Of a DNA stretch of 64,000 bases, positions 9,550-19,142 are shown piece by piece. The DNA comes from an uncultured archaeon (GTDB lineage: Archaea > Micrarchaeota > Micrarchaeia > Micrarchaeales > CABMGC01), in NCBI GenBank assembly GCA_963787445.1, contig CAWBCT010000005.1:160001-224000 (forward strand), read 5' to 3'. Numbering within the stretch: position 1 is the stretch's first letter; each line of letters begins with the position of its first letter. The notes under the pieces were generated by a model, which saw only the letters and a program-made list of their open reading frames with translations, was not told the origin of the DNA and did not search any database. The translations under genes were made by a program, and so were the position numbers.

Positions 9550-11025
9550 ATGGCGCTTGATAAGAAGAGCTTGAGTGCAATCATACTGATTCTGCTAGTC
9601 GCCGTAGTGGCCGTGGCGTTCCTGTTCGGTGTTCAGAATGCAAAGGTCGGACAGAAAAGCCTGGAGAACGTTGCTGTTCAGATAACCGATCCCCTTTACG
9701 GCCCCAGCTCCGTGAGCTCGCTCAACGTGACCTACAGCTCGCTCGGGCTGGACGTCATGGCGGCCAATGGGAGCAGCTCCTGGTACTACTACAACGCGAG
9801 CGGGAACCTGGACCTACTGGAGCTGCAGAACTACAGCTACACCGTGGCCCAGTTCGGACTTCCGCTGAACTCCACCGTAGACGGGGCGAGGCTCTCCCTC
9901 ACTGGCGTAAACATCTCTATTTACGGCAACGCGGGGAAGGTCTTCCTGACCAACAGCTCGCTCTACGCGCGGCTCAACTCGGTGCCGATCAATGGCAGCG
10001 GCGAGGCCATCCTGCTGCAGCTAAACCCGTCGGTGCTCTCGGTGCAGAACCGGAGCGGCCTTTACTTTGCGGTAACCCCAAGACTTTCCGCGCATTCTGG
10101 AAAGGGAGGCCTCTCGTTCGCGGGCAGCTTTGAGCCGATAAACAGCTCTGTCGGAGCAGGACTCTCCTTCGGCTCTGGCAACCTCACGCTCCTATCCGCG
10201 CAGATAGTTCCCGAGGCGAATGCGACAAGCATCTCGGTCACGGTCAAGAACCAGGGGCTAACCCCGCAAAGGATTGGGCCGATAATGATTGTAGGAAACT
10301 TCAGCTCCCATGGGATCTCCAACTCCACGGCCCTTGCGGCGGTCCTGTCCAGCGTCATCAGCACCAATACGCTCAGCAGCATCTTTTCAGGCAACACACT
10401 TGGCAAATTGAACGCAACCGGCTCCGCCCTAGAGAACCTCAGCAGCTCGATAAACACGAGCGAGCTGACCAAGATAGAGCAGAACCTGCCGGCGGGGGTG
10501 CGCTCGAACCTGAGCGCCGCGGTGAGCAGCGGCGGCGCCGGGATCAGCAGCGCTATCGGCGGACTGCTGGGGCATCTGAACTCCAGTTCGCTGGGCAGCA
10601 TAACCTCCCAGCTCCACCTTGGCTCAAACTTCAGCCTCTCGTCTCTCGGCGGGCTCGCCGGAAGCATCGAGTCGGCGCTGGGCAGCTTCAGGAACAGCTC
10701 GCTGGAGGCGAGCGTGCTTTCCAACGCGGTGCAGAACCAGTACAACCAGTACGTGGCAAAGGCCAAGGTGCTGGGTGAGCAGGAGCGCGCGCTCAACGCA
10801 ATTACGCTGCTTACGCAGGCCAATGGGACCCTTGTTACAGCCTCAACGGCCTCGCAGCTCCTTCCGCAGAACTGGGATCTGCTGCAGCCGGGGCAGACCA
10901 CCACCCTCTCGTTCAACGGCCTCCTGACCAGCTCGGGCAATGGATTCTTCAGCGCGGCCCACAACAATACATATAAAATAATTCTGAGTGGAGATAATAG
11001 TACGTTGAATGTTACGACGCACTGA
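9550..11025 (+). CDS. Membrane-anchored surface glycoprotein with DUF4382-like domain
   Basis: N-terminal TM; VQITDP and LDLLELQN motifs; many N-x-S/T sequons; paralogous to 13032..14537. Confidence 0.7.
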   Translation: MALDKKSLSAIILILLVAVVAVAFLFGVQNAKVGQKSLENVAVQITDPLYGPSSVSSLNVTYSSLGLDVMAANGSSSWYYYNASGNLDLLELQNYSYTVAQFGLPLNSTVDGARLSLTGVNISIYGNAGKVFLTNSSLYARLNSVPINGSGEAILLQLNPSVLSVQNRSGLYFAVTPRLSAHSGKGGLSFAGSFEPINSSVGAGLSFGSGNLTLLSAQIVPEANATSISVTVKNQGLTPQRIGPIMIVGNFSSHGISNSTALAAVLSSVISTNTLSSIFSGNTLGKLNATGSALENLSSSINTSELTKIEQNLPAGVRSNLSAAVSSGGAGISSAIGGLLGHLNSSSLGSITSQLHLGSNFSLSSLGGLAGSIESALGSFRNSSLEASVLSNAVQNQYNQYVAKAKVLGEQERALNAITLLTQANGTLVTASTASQLLPQNWDLLQPGQTTTLSFNGLLTSSGNGFFSAAHNNTYKIILSGDNSTLNVTTH

Positions 11026-11033
11026 GTGATTGA

Positions 11034-11447
11034 ATGGGATTATTTGACTTATTCGGGAAGAAGGATGTTAATGCGGGGCTCTCAAAGCAGGTGCCGTACA
11101 TGCTGAAGACCGAGTTCGTCCCCTACCGGCTCAAGTCCAAGGAGAGAAGCTCGTCGGTTCTCTCCATCGGCCTGAAGAACATGACCGGAGAACCGGTCAT
11201 GGGTTCCGTGGTGGTCGAGGTCCCGAAGCAGCTCAGCTTTGACTCGATGGGCACCTCAAAGCAAAGGGAGGTCAAGTTCGGCACCATCGGGAAGGACGAG
11301 GAGAGGGTGACCTCCCTAGAGATCTACGGGGGCGTGGGAACCGACAAGGGCACCTACACGGTCACCATAACCGCGTTCGTGCACTACCGCGACTACGGCC
11401 ACGTGCTCAACGAGATGCGAAAGCGCACCGTCCTTGAAGCGGTCTAG
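11034..11447 (+). CDS. Hypothetical protein (probably beta-sandwich)
   Basis: Core-like codon usage; MGLFDLFGKK N-terminus. Confidence 0.7.
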   Translation: MGLFDLFGKKDVNAGLSKQVPYMLKTEFVPYRLKSKERSSSVLSIGLKNMTGEPVMGSVVVEVPKQLSFDSMGTSKQREVKFGTIGKDEERVTSLEIYGGVGTDKGTYTVTITAFVHYRDYGHVLNEMRKRTVLEAV

Positions 11448-11776
11448 GCTGCCGGCGGCTGCTTGACTTCAGGCTCGACAGGCACCTTTCCAGACATTAT
11501 TTTGAGGACCTCATCAATTCCCGAGGCTATCTTCTTGCCCTTATCGGTGAGGAAGAGCCCCTTTTTCTTTCCGCGCTGCTCCGCGCGCACTAGTCCCTCC
11601 ACCTCACACTGGCTTATGAAGCGGCTAGCGTGGACGTAGGTGGCTCCCGCCTCCTTCGCAAGCTCAGACAGGCCGCGCTGCTTTGCTTCATCCAGTAAAA
11701 GGACTAGAATCTTTGCCTGTTTCTCTTTGAAAAGCAGCTTTGAGGGCTCCGGCTCTGCCATGACTCTCTTACTCAT
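11444..11776 (-). CDS. Winged-helix transcriptional regulator
   Basis: LSELAKEAGATYVHAS...EGLV...GKKKGLFLTDKG. Confidence 0.85.
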   Translation of the reverse strand: MSKRVMAEPEPSKLLFKEKQAKILVLLLDEAKQRGLSELAKEAGATYVHASRFISQCEVEGLVRAEQRGKKKGLFLTDKGKKIASGIDEVLKIMSGKVPVEPEVKQPPAA

Positions 11777-11932
11777 AGCGTATTTTTATCCTTTCTGATG
11801 CCCGGGATTTGCGGGAAAACAGCCCAGAAATCCTTAAAACAGGGTTAAGACGAGAGTAAACTACTCTGCTAATTTTTAAGATAGATATATAAATAATACG
11901 TCATCATATATTTTGAAACGCACGGTGTTTGA

Positions 11933-12185
11933 ATGGTAAAATATGTTATAGCGGAACAGCTTGTAGGCAAAGAGGTCGTGACTAGCGATGGATTCGATTT
12001 AGGCAAGTTTATCGATGCTGAAGTTAACGAAGTGAACGGGAAGCTTAACCTCTCTCATAGTCGAGCCGAACGTGGACAGCGATCTGGTCAGCAAGCTAAA
12101 CGTGAAGGGCGGGAAGCTAAGCGTGCCGTACTCAAACGTTCTTGCGGTTAACGACTTCATCGTTGTAGAGAGGAAGGGACTCTAA
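11933..12185 (+). CDS. PRC-barrel protein with one extra base near 12047 (probable indel)
   Basis: LVGKEVVTSDGFDLG; the +1 frame continues TSLIVEPNVD...LSVPYSNVLAVNDFIVVERKGL* to 12185. Confidence 0.8.
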
Positions 12186-12202
12186 AATAATAGGGTGATC
12201 TT

Positions 12203-12916
12203 ATAATCATCGCCGGCGGGGATGAAGCCGGAAGGGGCGCAGTGGTAGGCCCTCTAGTTGTTAGCACCGTAAGCGTGAGCAAGGGAAAGGAGGGCAAGTT
12301 CTCCAAGATCGGGGTAAGGGACTCAAAGCTCCTGACAAGCAGGAAGCGTCTTTTTCTTTATGATGAGATTTACTCCATAGCGGAGGAAGTCAAGGTATAC
12401 AAGATAGCCCCCCTTGAGATCAACGAGGCGATGCGAAACAAGATCTCGATTAACGAGCTTGAGGCGCTCAACTTCGCGCGCTTGATAGACTCCCTGGTGG
12501 TTATACCATCAAAAATCTTCCTGGACTCACCTGACGTGATATCCGAAAGGTTTGGGACAAGAGTTGGCTTCTTCTGCAAGAGCGCGCGTCTCGTAAGCAG
12601 TGGAACGCGCAGGTCAAAGGATGATAAAAGTTCGGCGCAGAGCATACAGGTGGTGTCGGAGCACAAGGCCGATGCGCGCTATCCGGTTGTTTCCGCAGCA
12701 AGCATCATAGCAAAAGTCGTAAGGGACAAGGAGATGGAGAGGATCTCGGACAAGACCGGGATAGAGATAGGCTCTGGTTATCCTTCAGACAGGTACACGG
12801 TGGATGCAATACGGAAACATCTGGGCACGAACAACCTTGAGCCGTACTTGAGGAGCTACTGGAAGACTCTCAAGAACATACGCCAGTTGAAAATTGAGGA
12901 GTTCCTCGCCAAATAG
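12203..12916 (+). CDS. rnhB: Ribonuclease HII (start extended upstream to include the DEAGRG motif)
   Basis: GGDEAGRGAVVGP, RDSK, HKAD, VSAASIIAK, GSGYPSD and a C-terminal PIP-like QLKIEEF. Confidence 0.95.
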   Translation: MIIAGGDEAGRGAVVGPLVVSTVSVSKGKEGKFSKIGVRDSKLLTSRKRLFLYDEIYSIAEEVKVYKIAPLEINEAMRNKISINELEALNFARLIDSLVVIPSKIFLDSPDVISERFGTRVGFFCKSARLVSSGTRRSKDDKSSAQSIQVVSEHKADARYPVVSAASIIAKVVRDKEMERISDKTGIEIGSGYPSDRYTVDAIRKHLGTNNLEPYLRSYWKTLKNIRQLKIEEFLAK

Positions 12917-12950
12917 GACAAATTTGCAGCCTAATCCTTCTTGTAGGCAG

Positions 12951-12982
12951 AAAACCGAAATCAAAACCGAAAGAAAACCGAA
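12951..12982 (+). promoter_or_regulatory. Three direct repeats AAAACCGAA upstream of the HTH-TM gene (candidate operator)
   Basis: Copies start at 12951, 12963 and 12974, upstream of a TATA-like TATTTAATA. Confidence 0.45.
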
Positions 12983-13031
12983 CTTGCACATAAGGTATTT
13001 AATAGCCAAGGCAAATGTCATACTGGTGTAG

Positions 13032-14537
13032 ATGAGCAGTTTCGGCAAAACCAAGAAGGAGATAATAGGCCTTCTCTCAAAGCGTCAGCAGACGCTTACG
13101 GATCTGAGCAAGGAGCTTGACCTTTCGCCATCTACTGTAAAGCAGCACCTCGAAGAGCTTGAGGCGGCTGGTGCGATACTGCCTGTTGAGAACGAGTTCA
13201 TCAGAAGGTGGAAGTACTACAAGCCCAATCCAGAATTTGGAATGGCGGCAGCGAACCAGGGACAAGGCGGGATTGGTCGCGTCTTCCCGTACGCAGTTGG
13301 CGCGGCAATAATAATTGGGATAGCTTACTTACTGGTGTTCGGATTCTCCGGGCACGGCCTGCTTAATTCAGCGGTAACAAATAATGGGACATCGGCTACC
13401 TCGCTGATGTCGGTGCGCCTTACAGACCCGCCGAGCGTACCACCCGGCACAGATGCGCTTTACATCAGGTACTCCTCGGTCGAACTCCACGTTGTGGGCA
13501 ACAACACCTGGGTAAGGACCAATGGTAATGGCACTCTGGACCTTATGTCATTGATCAACTCAAGCCAGGTGATAAGCAACGCCTATCTCGGCAGCAATGC
13601 GATGATAGACGGGGTGAGACTGAACGTCACGAACGCAACAATAAACATAAACAGCACGGATTACGGCGTAAGCGTGGCGAACCCGAACCTGAAGGCAACC
13701 TTCAGTCAGCCCGAGATGGTCGGGCTGAACCAGAGCGTCCTGCTGGACTTCTCACCCACGGTTGCAACAGTGTACGGCATAAATGGCACTTCCTTTGTTC
13801 TAGTTCCGGCACTTAAAGCCGTGTTCTCGTCTGGCGGGACTAGAGCTCCAGGAAAGATAGGCACGGTCACCTCTCTCGAGATAGGGGAGAGGACCGAGCT
13901 TTATGAGGAGCAGCCAAACCTTACGGTTCTGAACGCCTCACTCGTCTCTGTTCCATCTGGAGTGGAGCCAAGCAACCAGATGATAAGATTGACCTTAAGA
14001 AACAACGGAAATTCAACAGTCGATATTACACAGGTAATAATCCAGGGCAACTTGCAGTTCTACCTGAATGCAAAAATGCAGCAGCCCGCTGTGCCTCCTT
14101 CACTTTCAACAACATCAGTACATGGATGGAAAAGGGCGAACATGGGAACATTCAGCGGCGGACAAGAGTATGGGGATGGCAGGACCAACATAAGCATACC
14201 ATGGATGCCGACGCCGTTTCCTGTATCGCCGGTCGGGCCTGCGCTAAGAGTTGGACAGAACTTCAGCATCAACAACACCGCATTCCGCGGAGTGGGCGGG
14301 ATGCTGATGTTCGGCGTTGAGGCGAACGGCACGCTTAGTTTGCCAGGAAACAAGATGGCATTCATAAGTTCGGGCTACCAGCTGCAGCCAGGGCAGAGCG
14401 TCACGCTTACATTCAACGGCACGATAGGCTTCCCGGAGGGAGGGATTGAGATAGGGCTCGTTCCTAACGACACCTACCGTGCGGTGGTAGTCTCTTCACT
14501 GTGCCCTGTCGCTAACTTTAACCTGAAGGCGCAGTGA
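13032..14537 (+). CDS. ArsR-type HTH + TM + extracellular DUF4382-like protein
   Basis: TLTDLSKELDLSPSTVKQHLEELE HTH; TM at about aa 85-105; VRLTDPP and LDLMSL motifs. Confidence 0.8.
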   Translation: MSSFGKTKKEIIGLLSKRQQTLTDLSKELDLSPSTVKQHLEELEAAGAILPVENEFIRRWKYYKPNPEFGMAAANQGQGGIGRVFPYAVGAAIIIGIAYLLVFGFSGHGLLNSAVTNNGTSATSLMSVRLTDPPSVPPGTDALYIRYSSVELHVVGNNTWVRTNGNGTLDLMSLINSSQVISNAYLGSNAMIDGVRLNVTNATININSTDYGVSVANPNLKATFSQPEMVGLNQSVLLDFSPTVATVYGINGTSFVLVPALKAVFSSGGTRAPGKIGTVTSLEIGERTELYEEQPNLTVLNASLVSVPSGVEPSNQMIRLTLRNNGNSTVDITQVIIQGNLQFYLNAKMQQPAVPPSLSTTSVHGWKRANMGTFSGGQEYGDGRTNISIPWMPTPFPVSPVGPALRVGQNFSINNTAFRGVGGMLMFGVEANGTLSLPGNKMAFISSGYQLQPGQSVTLTFNGTIGFPEGGIEIGLVPNDTYRAVVVSSLCPVANFNLKAQ

Positions 14538-14580
14538 AGGCATAGGAACAGATTTAAACACTGTAGTATTAACTTAATCC

Positions 14581-16428
14581 ATGGAAAACAAAAGCCTACT
14601 GTTGATAGCCGCACTTGCGCTCTTCGCGCTTCTGCCTACTTCAACCTATGCCTACACAACGCGGATACATGCCCCGGCAGTCCTTCAGAACCAGGACATG
14701 GGCGCGCTGACATTGATCTCCTTAAACCTGACCCGGGGCACCGGCACGACCAGGGTGATAGGCCCCAGCTATGTTGACAACAGCACTCTGGATTCTGCGC
14801 TGACCGCAAGCAGGTACGCGGCATCCTACCTGAACGTAAACTACTCAAAGTACAACTTCACCTACGCCATAGACGGAACCGAGAACGTCTCCGGACCCAG
14901 CGCCGGACTGGCGTTCACGCTCCTTGCGGATTACGCCCTAGGCGGAAAACAGCTGTACAACAACTTCTCCATCACGGGCACGCTCTCGCAGGATGGAAGC
15001 GTGGGCCCCGTGGGCGGCGTCTATGACAAGGTCTGGGCCGCAAGCCTCGGCGGGATAAAATACTTCGTTGCCCCGGTCGTTCCGGGCGGCACAAGCGAGC
15101 AGCTCATATACTACCTGGCGCAGCAGACGTTCAACATGCCCCTGGTGGAGGTCGGGAACTTCACCGGCGCCCTGCCCTACGCGGGCGGGATCAATCCCAG
15201 GGCGATAGCGCCGGTCGTGCCAAACGTTACCCATGGCTATGACATTTCAAGAATAACGAACGCTCCGCTCAACTGCACGAACTGCGATGAGAAGTACTTC
15301 GGGGAGCTGACGAACTTCACCTTCGGGCTGGTCAACGCCTCGCTGGCCGGGATAGAGAGCAACTACAGCGGGGTCTCGAGCCAGCTTGCAGGCCAGCTTT
15401 CGGAGTACAGGAACATCTCGGCCAGGGGTTACCTTTACACCGGAGCCGACCTCGCCTTCGAGTCCTACCCCTATGCGGTGACGCTGGACAACGCCCCCGC
15501 ATTCACCAACCAGAGCACGGGAAGCACGCTCCTTAACGACGTGAACAGTTACTGCTCCCAGATCTCCGTGCCCCAGATGACCGACAGGAACTATGAGTAC
15601 ATAGTGGGGGGTGAGGTCCGCCAGGCCTTCGCCGCAGTCAACCTGCAGAACGCCTACTCCCAACTGAACGCCTCCCAATCAACGGACGACGTGATCGACT
15701 CGGTCAGCACGGCTGCCCAGTCCTACGCCTGGTGCTCTGCGGCACAGGAGATGTACACCATCGCGGGCCAGCTGGGCGGGGCCCCGGTGGTCGAGTCCAC
15801 AAACCTGCAGCTTGCTGCGTCCGGCGCATTGCAGAACGCCACCAAGTATCCTGGAATCTATCTCCAGGCCGCCCAGCTGGCCTACAACAGCAGCGAGTAC
15901 TCGGCGGCGCTCTACGCGGCGGACTATGCGCAGACCTTGCAGAATCCGACCTACCTGGGCAGCGTCACAGGCTCTGAGATCTCGTCGATAACGGCGACGG
16001 CCTACAGCTCCACCTACGGCGTTTGGCCGACCCAGTTCTCCGACTCGGCGCTCTTCTGGCTCCAGGAGGCCCAGCTGGGCGGGCCGAACGCGGTCTCGTA
16101 CCTGAACTCGGCCTACAGCCTCTCCAATCTGGCCTCCGCCCTTTCGGCGCAGAACCGGTTCATCTCCGCCAACCTCGTCCCGCAGGCGAGCGACGTGAGC
16201 TCAAACCGGTTGATACTGAACATACTCATGAACCAGTCACAGCAGATCAGCAGTCTGAAGAGCAGCCTTGAGAACACGTACAACGCGATGGCGTTCTTCG
16301 TGGTGCTGATCGTCCTTGCCTGGGCGGTCATATTCTTCCTCTTCGCGAAGGAGCTGGGGCGGCTGCGCACGGCAAAAGCAAGGGCTGCGACTCCAAGGAG
16401 AAGGGCAAAACGAAGGGCGAGGAGGTAA
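14581..16428 (+). CDS. Secreted, C-terminally anchored S16 (Lon-like) serine protease
   Basis: Signal peptide; VSGPSAG, ITGT and VGPVGGVYDK (Ser-Lys dyad); C-terminal TM plus basic tail; no ATPase domain. Confidence 0.85.
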   Translation: MENKSLLLIAALALFALLPTSTYAYTTRIHAPAVLQNQDMGALTLISLNLTRGTGTTRVIGPSYVDNSTLDSALTASRYAASYLNVNYSKYNFTYAIDGTENVSGPSAGLAFTLLADYALGGKQLYNNFSITGTLSQDGSVGPVGGVYDKVWAASLGGIKYFVAPVVPGGTSEQLIYYLAQQTFNMPLVEVGNFTGALPYAGGINPRAIAPVVPNVTHGYDISRITNAPLNCTNCDEKYFGELTNFTFGLVNASLAGIESNYSGVSSQLAGQLSEYRNISARGYLYTGADLAFESYPYAVTLDNAPAFTNQSTGSTLLNDVNSYCSQISVPQMTDRNYEYIVGGEVRQAFAAVNLQNAYSQLNASQSTDDVIDSVSTAAQSYAWCSAAQEMYTIAGQLGGAPVVESTNLQLAASGALQNATKYPGIYLQAAQLAYNSSEYSAALYAADYAQTLQNPTYLGSVTGSEISSITATAYSSTYGVWPTQFSDSALFWLQEAQLGGPNAVSYLNSAYSLSNLASALSAQNRFISANLVPQASDVSSNRLILNILMNQSQQISSLKSSLENTYNAMAFFVVLIVLAWAVIFFLFAKELGRLRTAKARAATPRRRAKRRARR

Positions 16429-16432
16429 CTGA

Positions 16433-16873
16433 ATGAGAAGCGGCGATGCTTTCTGCAGCAGGAGGGTAGTGCGCCAGAGGTACCTTCTTACAAAGCACAT
16501 GATGGTCCTCTACAATATAGCGCCGGCGCTTCCGGGGCACTCACTGGTTGTGCCGAGGCGCCATGTTGAACAGCTTACAGAGCTGAAGCCTGTGGAATCG
16601 AAGGACCTGTTTGAAACCCTTCAGAGGGTTGTGCCGGTGCTTGACAGGCTTTACGCGGGCGGGTCTAGGTCCTACGAGCTCATCGCGCAGGTCGGGCCGT
16701 ACTCGAGCAGGACCGTCCCGCACGTACATATCCATGTAATACCGCGCAGGAAGCACGATAAGTACAGCAAGGTAGGGATTGTTGGAATTTTTAGCGAAGA
16801 GCCGAAGAAGCTGAGCAGTATTGGGATCTCGAAAGAGGTGAGCAGGCTCAGGAAGGAGTTCGCCACGAAGTAA
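16433..16873 (+). CDS. HIT family hydrolase
   Basis: PGHSLVVPRRH and VPHVHIHVIPR motifs. Confidence 0.92.
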   Translation: MRSGDAFCSRRVVRQRYLLTKHMMVLYNIAPALPGHSLVVPRRHVEQLTELKPVESKDLFETLQRVVPVLDRLYAGGSRSYELIAQVGPYSSRTVPHVHIHVIPRRKHDKYSKVGIVGIFSEEPKKLSSIGISKEVSRLRKEFATK

Positions 16874-17752
16874 TCAAACGGCAACGCAGAGTATGGCCAG
16901 CAGCGCCAGCCCCATGGCGGCCAGGGAGATGTTCCTCGCCCTCCTGTAGAAGGTGTGGGTGTCGGTGACCAGGTAGCCTATCACGACATAGCTGAGCATC
17001 AGGTCAGAGACAGCGATAACCGCCAGGTAGACAAGGTTCCCGGCGAAGGGCGCCACACGGAGGAAGAGGTCCACGCTTATGGTCATCGCCGCGGCGTAGG
17101 CCAGCAGGGAGATGTAGGCGGAGACCCGCACTCCCAGCAGGGAGGGCAGGGAGCGCACCTTCCTGACCTTCGTGTCACCGGCCAGGTCCCGGATGGTGCC
17201 GTGTATCTCCCGGGCGACTCCGCTCAGGAAGATCATCAGGCTGACCAGCATAAGCGGCAGGGCGATGCTGTTCGTGACCACGTAGCTTCCGTAGATGAAC
17301 GGGATCGCCATGGAGAAGGCGATGTAGGCGCTGCCCACCAGCGGGATCTCCTTCAGCCGGTAGCTGTAGAGCATGGCCAGGGTCGCAAAGACCAGGGCGA
17401 TGACGAAGCAGTTGACGTTTATCAGCAGGCTTGCGCCGACCCCTATTACCACGCAGGCGATGGTGACGTACAGCGCCTCCTGGGAGGTGAGCTCGCCGGA
17501 CACAAGGGGCGCCTTCAGCTTGTGGTTTATCCTGTCCACCTCTATGTCGAAGTAGTCGTTGATCGCGAATGCGGACATGCTGATGAAGATGGGCGTGATC
17601 AGGCTTGCGGCAAGTATGAGCGGGCTGGGGAACCCGCCGGCTATCAGCTCTGCCGCTAGCACCGCTAGGACCAACATCAGGCTGTGCTCCGCGCGGGTCA
17701 GCCTTATTACTGCAGAGACCTTTCCCATCTTACCAATAGCTCTGCTATTCAA
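16874..17752 (-). CDS. UbiA-family prenyltransferase, probably DGGGP synthase
   Basis: INDYFDIEVDRIN, YSYRLK and AREI-x-x-x-IRDLAGD motifs; polytopic. Confidence 0.8.
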   Translation of the reverse strand: MNSRAIGKMGKVSAVIRLTRAEHSLMLVLAVLAAELIAGGFPSPLILAASLITPIFISMSAFAINDYFDIEVDRINHKLKAPLVSGELTSQEALYVTIACVVIGVGASLLINVNCFVIALVFATLAMLYSYRLKEIPLVGSAYIAFSMAIPFIYGSYVVTNSIALPLMLVSLMIFLSGVAREIHGTIRDLAGDTKVRKVRSLPSLLGVRVSAYISLLAYAAAMTISVDLFLRVAPFAGNLVYLAVIAVSDLMLSYVVIGYLVTDTHTFYRRARNISLAAMGLALLAILCVAV

Positions 17753-17774
17753 AGATATAAAAAGGCAACACCGA

Positions 17775-18338
17775 TCAGTCGGCGCGCAGGAGTTCCATCA
17801 GCGGACGCAGGGAGATTTTCTCAAAAAAGCCCGGCTGCTTCCTGAATACGTAGAGCTGCCCGTTGGACTCGCAGGCCAGGCCGTAGCCCTTGCGCCACAC
17901 CTCCCAGTGTGCCTGGGCGGTTTTGACATAGCCCCTGCTCTCCTCTTCGTCGTCGAAAAGAAGCGCTCTGACCATCAGCGAGGCGTCGCGGGCGAGGCAG
18001 GGCGGGGAAGTGCCTGGTGATCTCCAGGTGGCTCGATGAACTTCGTCGTTGGCGGAGAGCAGGATGGTGCGGAAACGCATCTCGTTGGGTATTGTGTGCG
18101 CCGGATCAGAGATTCCGTCAGGCGCGGCAGCTCGGGCCGCGCTCCAGGCACGCTCCTCGGCCTCTGCCCAGGTGGGCGCGGTAAAGACCAGCCAGGAGGG
18201 ATCAGGACGTCCGTCTGGTTCAAGAAACTTGACTGTTTTTATGGTTTTCATGAATGAGTAGGCAAGGCGCTCGGCTCGCTCCGAAGTCTGGATTTTGGTT
18301 GCCTCAGCTCGAGGCGGCACTTTTTGATTGACTGACAT
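17775..18338 (-). CDS. Hypothetical protein
   Basis: GGTGA-N4-ATG start; AW-x-AARAA motif. Confidence 0.65.
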   Translation of the reverse strand: MSVNQKVPPRAEATKIQTSERAERLAYSFMKTIKTVKFLEPDGRPDPSWLVFTAPTWAEAEERAWSAARAAAPDGISDPAHTIPNEMRFRTILLSANDEVHRATWRSPGTSPPCLARDASLMVRALLFDDEEESRGYVKTAQAHWEVWRKGYGLACESNGQLYVFRKQPGFFEKISLRPLMELLRAD

Positions 18339-18653
18339 TTAGTCACCGGACGCTCTGCTTACTTGTGTGGATTTTAGATATATAAGCGTGCCGTGTAAAC
18401 TCCGTGCTTCACGCTGATTGATTAGGATAAAAGAAGGGTCCAAAGAGCAACAAGGTGCTCTTAAAGAGTGAAAATAGTTTGAAATCTCAAAATGAATCTG
18501 ACTAAAAGTCTTTTATAAAAATTTTAGATTTACTACTTTGTTGCTTTAGGATAAGCTGTAATTACTGGAACTTATCTGTTACTCCTTCTTCACATTATAC
18601 TACGTAGTACAGATATAAATGTCTTTTGTTCACTAATTTTTTCCCGTAAAAGA

Positions 18654-19028
18654 TTAGTTGTGGTCGTGCTCCTTCAGGTTCTTCATCATCCTCTTGAACT
18701 GGGCCTCGTTTATCTCTCCTCTGGCGTATCTTCTCCTGATAATTCGGAGATCCTTCCTGCCGCCATGTCCGAACATGCGGAAGGGTATTCTCACGATCCA
18801 AAGGATGAGCCAAAATACAACAAGGAATGTTATGACGCCTACAATGACCCCCAAGGGCGAGTAGGTCCATGCGGCCAGCCCGAAAGCCACGCCCATCGCA
18901 GTCCGAACTAGCCAAAAAACTAGCGCCAGGACAACTATGAAAACTAGTATGCCTGCAAGCACCTTGCCCACATTGCAAAAGCAGAAGGAACCGTGGTCGC
19001 ATCCCTCGCATCCATCTTTAACCGCCAT
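18654..19028 (-). CDS. 2-TM membrane protein with C-terminal SHOCT domain
   Basis: IIRRRYARGEINEAQF SHOCT motif; start placed at MAVKDG. Confidence 0.85.
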   Translation of the reverse strand: MAVKDGCEGCDHGSFCFCNVGKVLAGILVFIVVLALVFWLVRTAMGVAFGLAAWTYSPLGVIVGVITFLVVFWLILWIVRIPFRMFGHGGRKDLRIIRRRYARGEINEAQFKRMMKNLKEHDHN

Positions 19029-19142
19029 GAGCTTACCTTGGATAAACATCAACTGAAAGAAATATATAGATGGGCCAATTAAACTGCCGAGCCATGGCAA
19101 AGCTTAATTAATTTAGAGAGCCAGATATTAGCAGGGTATAGA

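Noticed and set aside
12040-12055. Programmed +1 frameshift in the PRC-barrel gene (CTT-A context)
   Set aside because: Other scattered indels in the window make sequencing or assembly error more parsimonious, and no stimulatory element was seen
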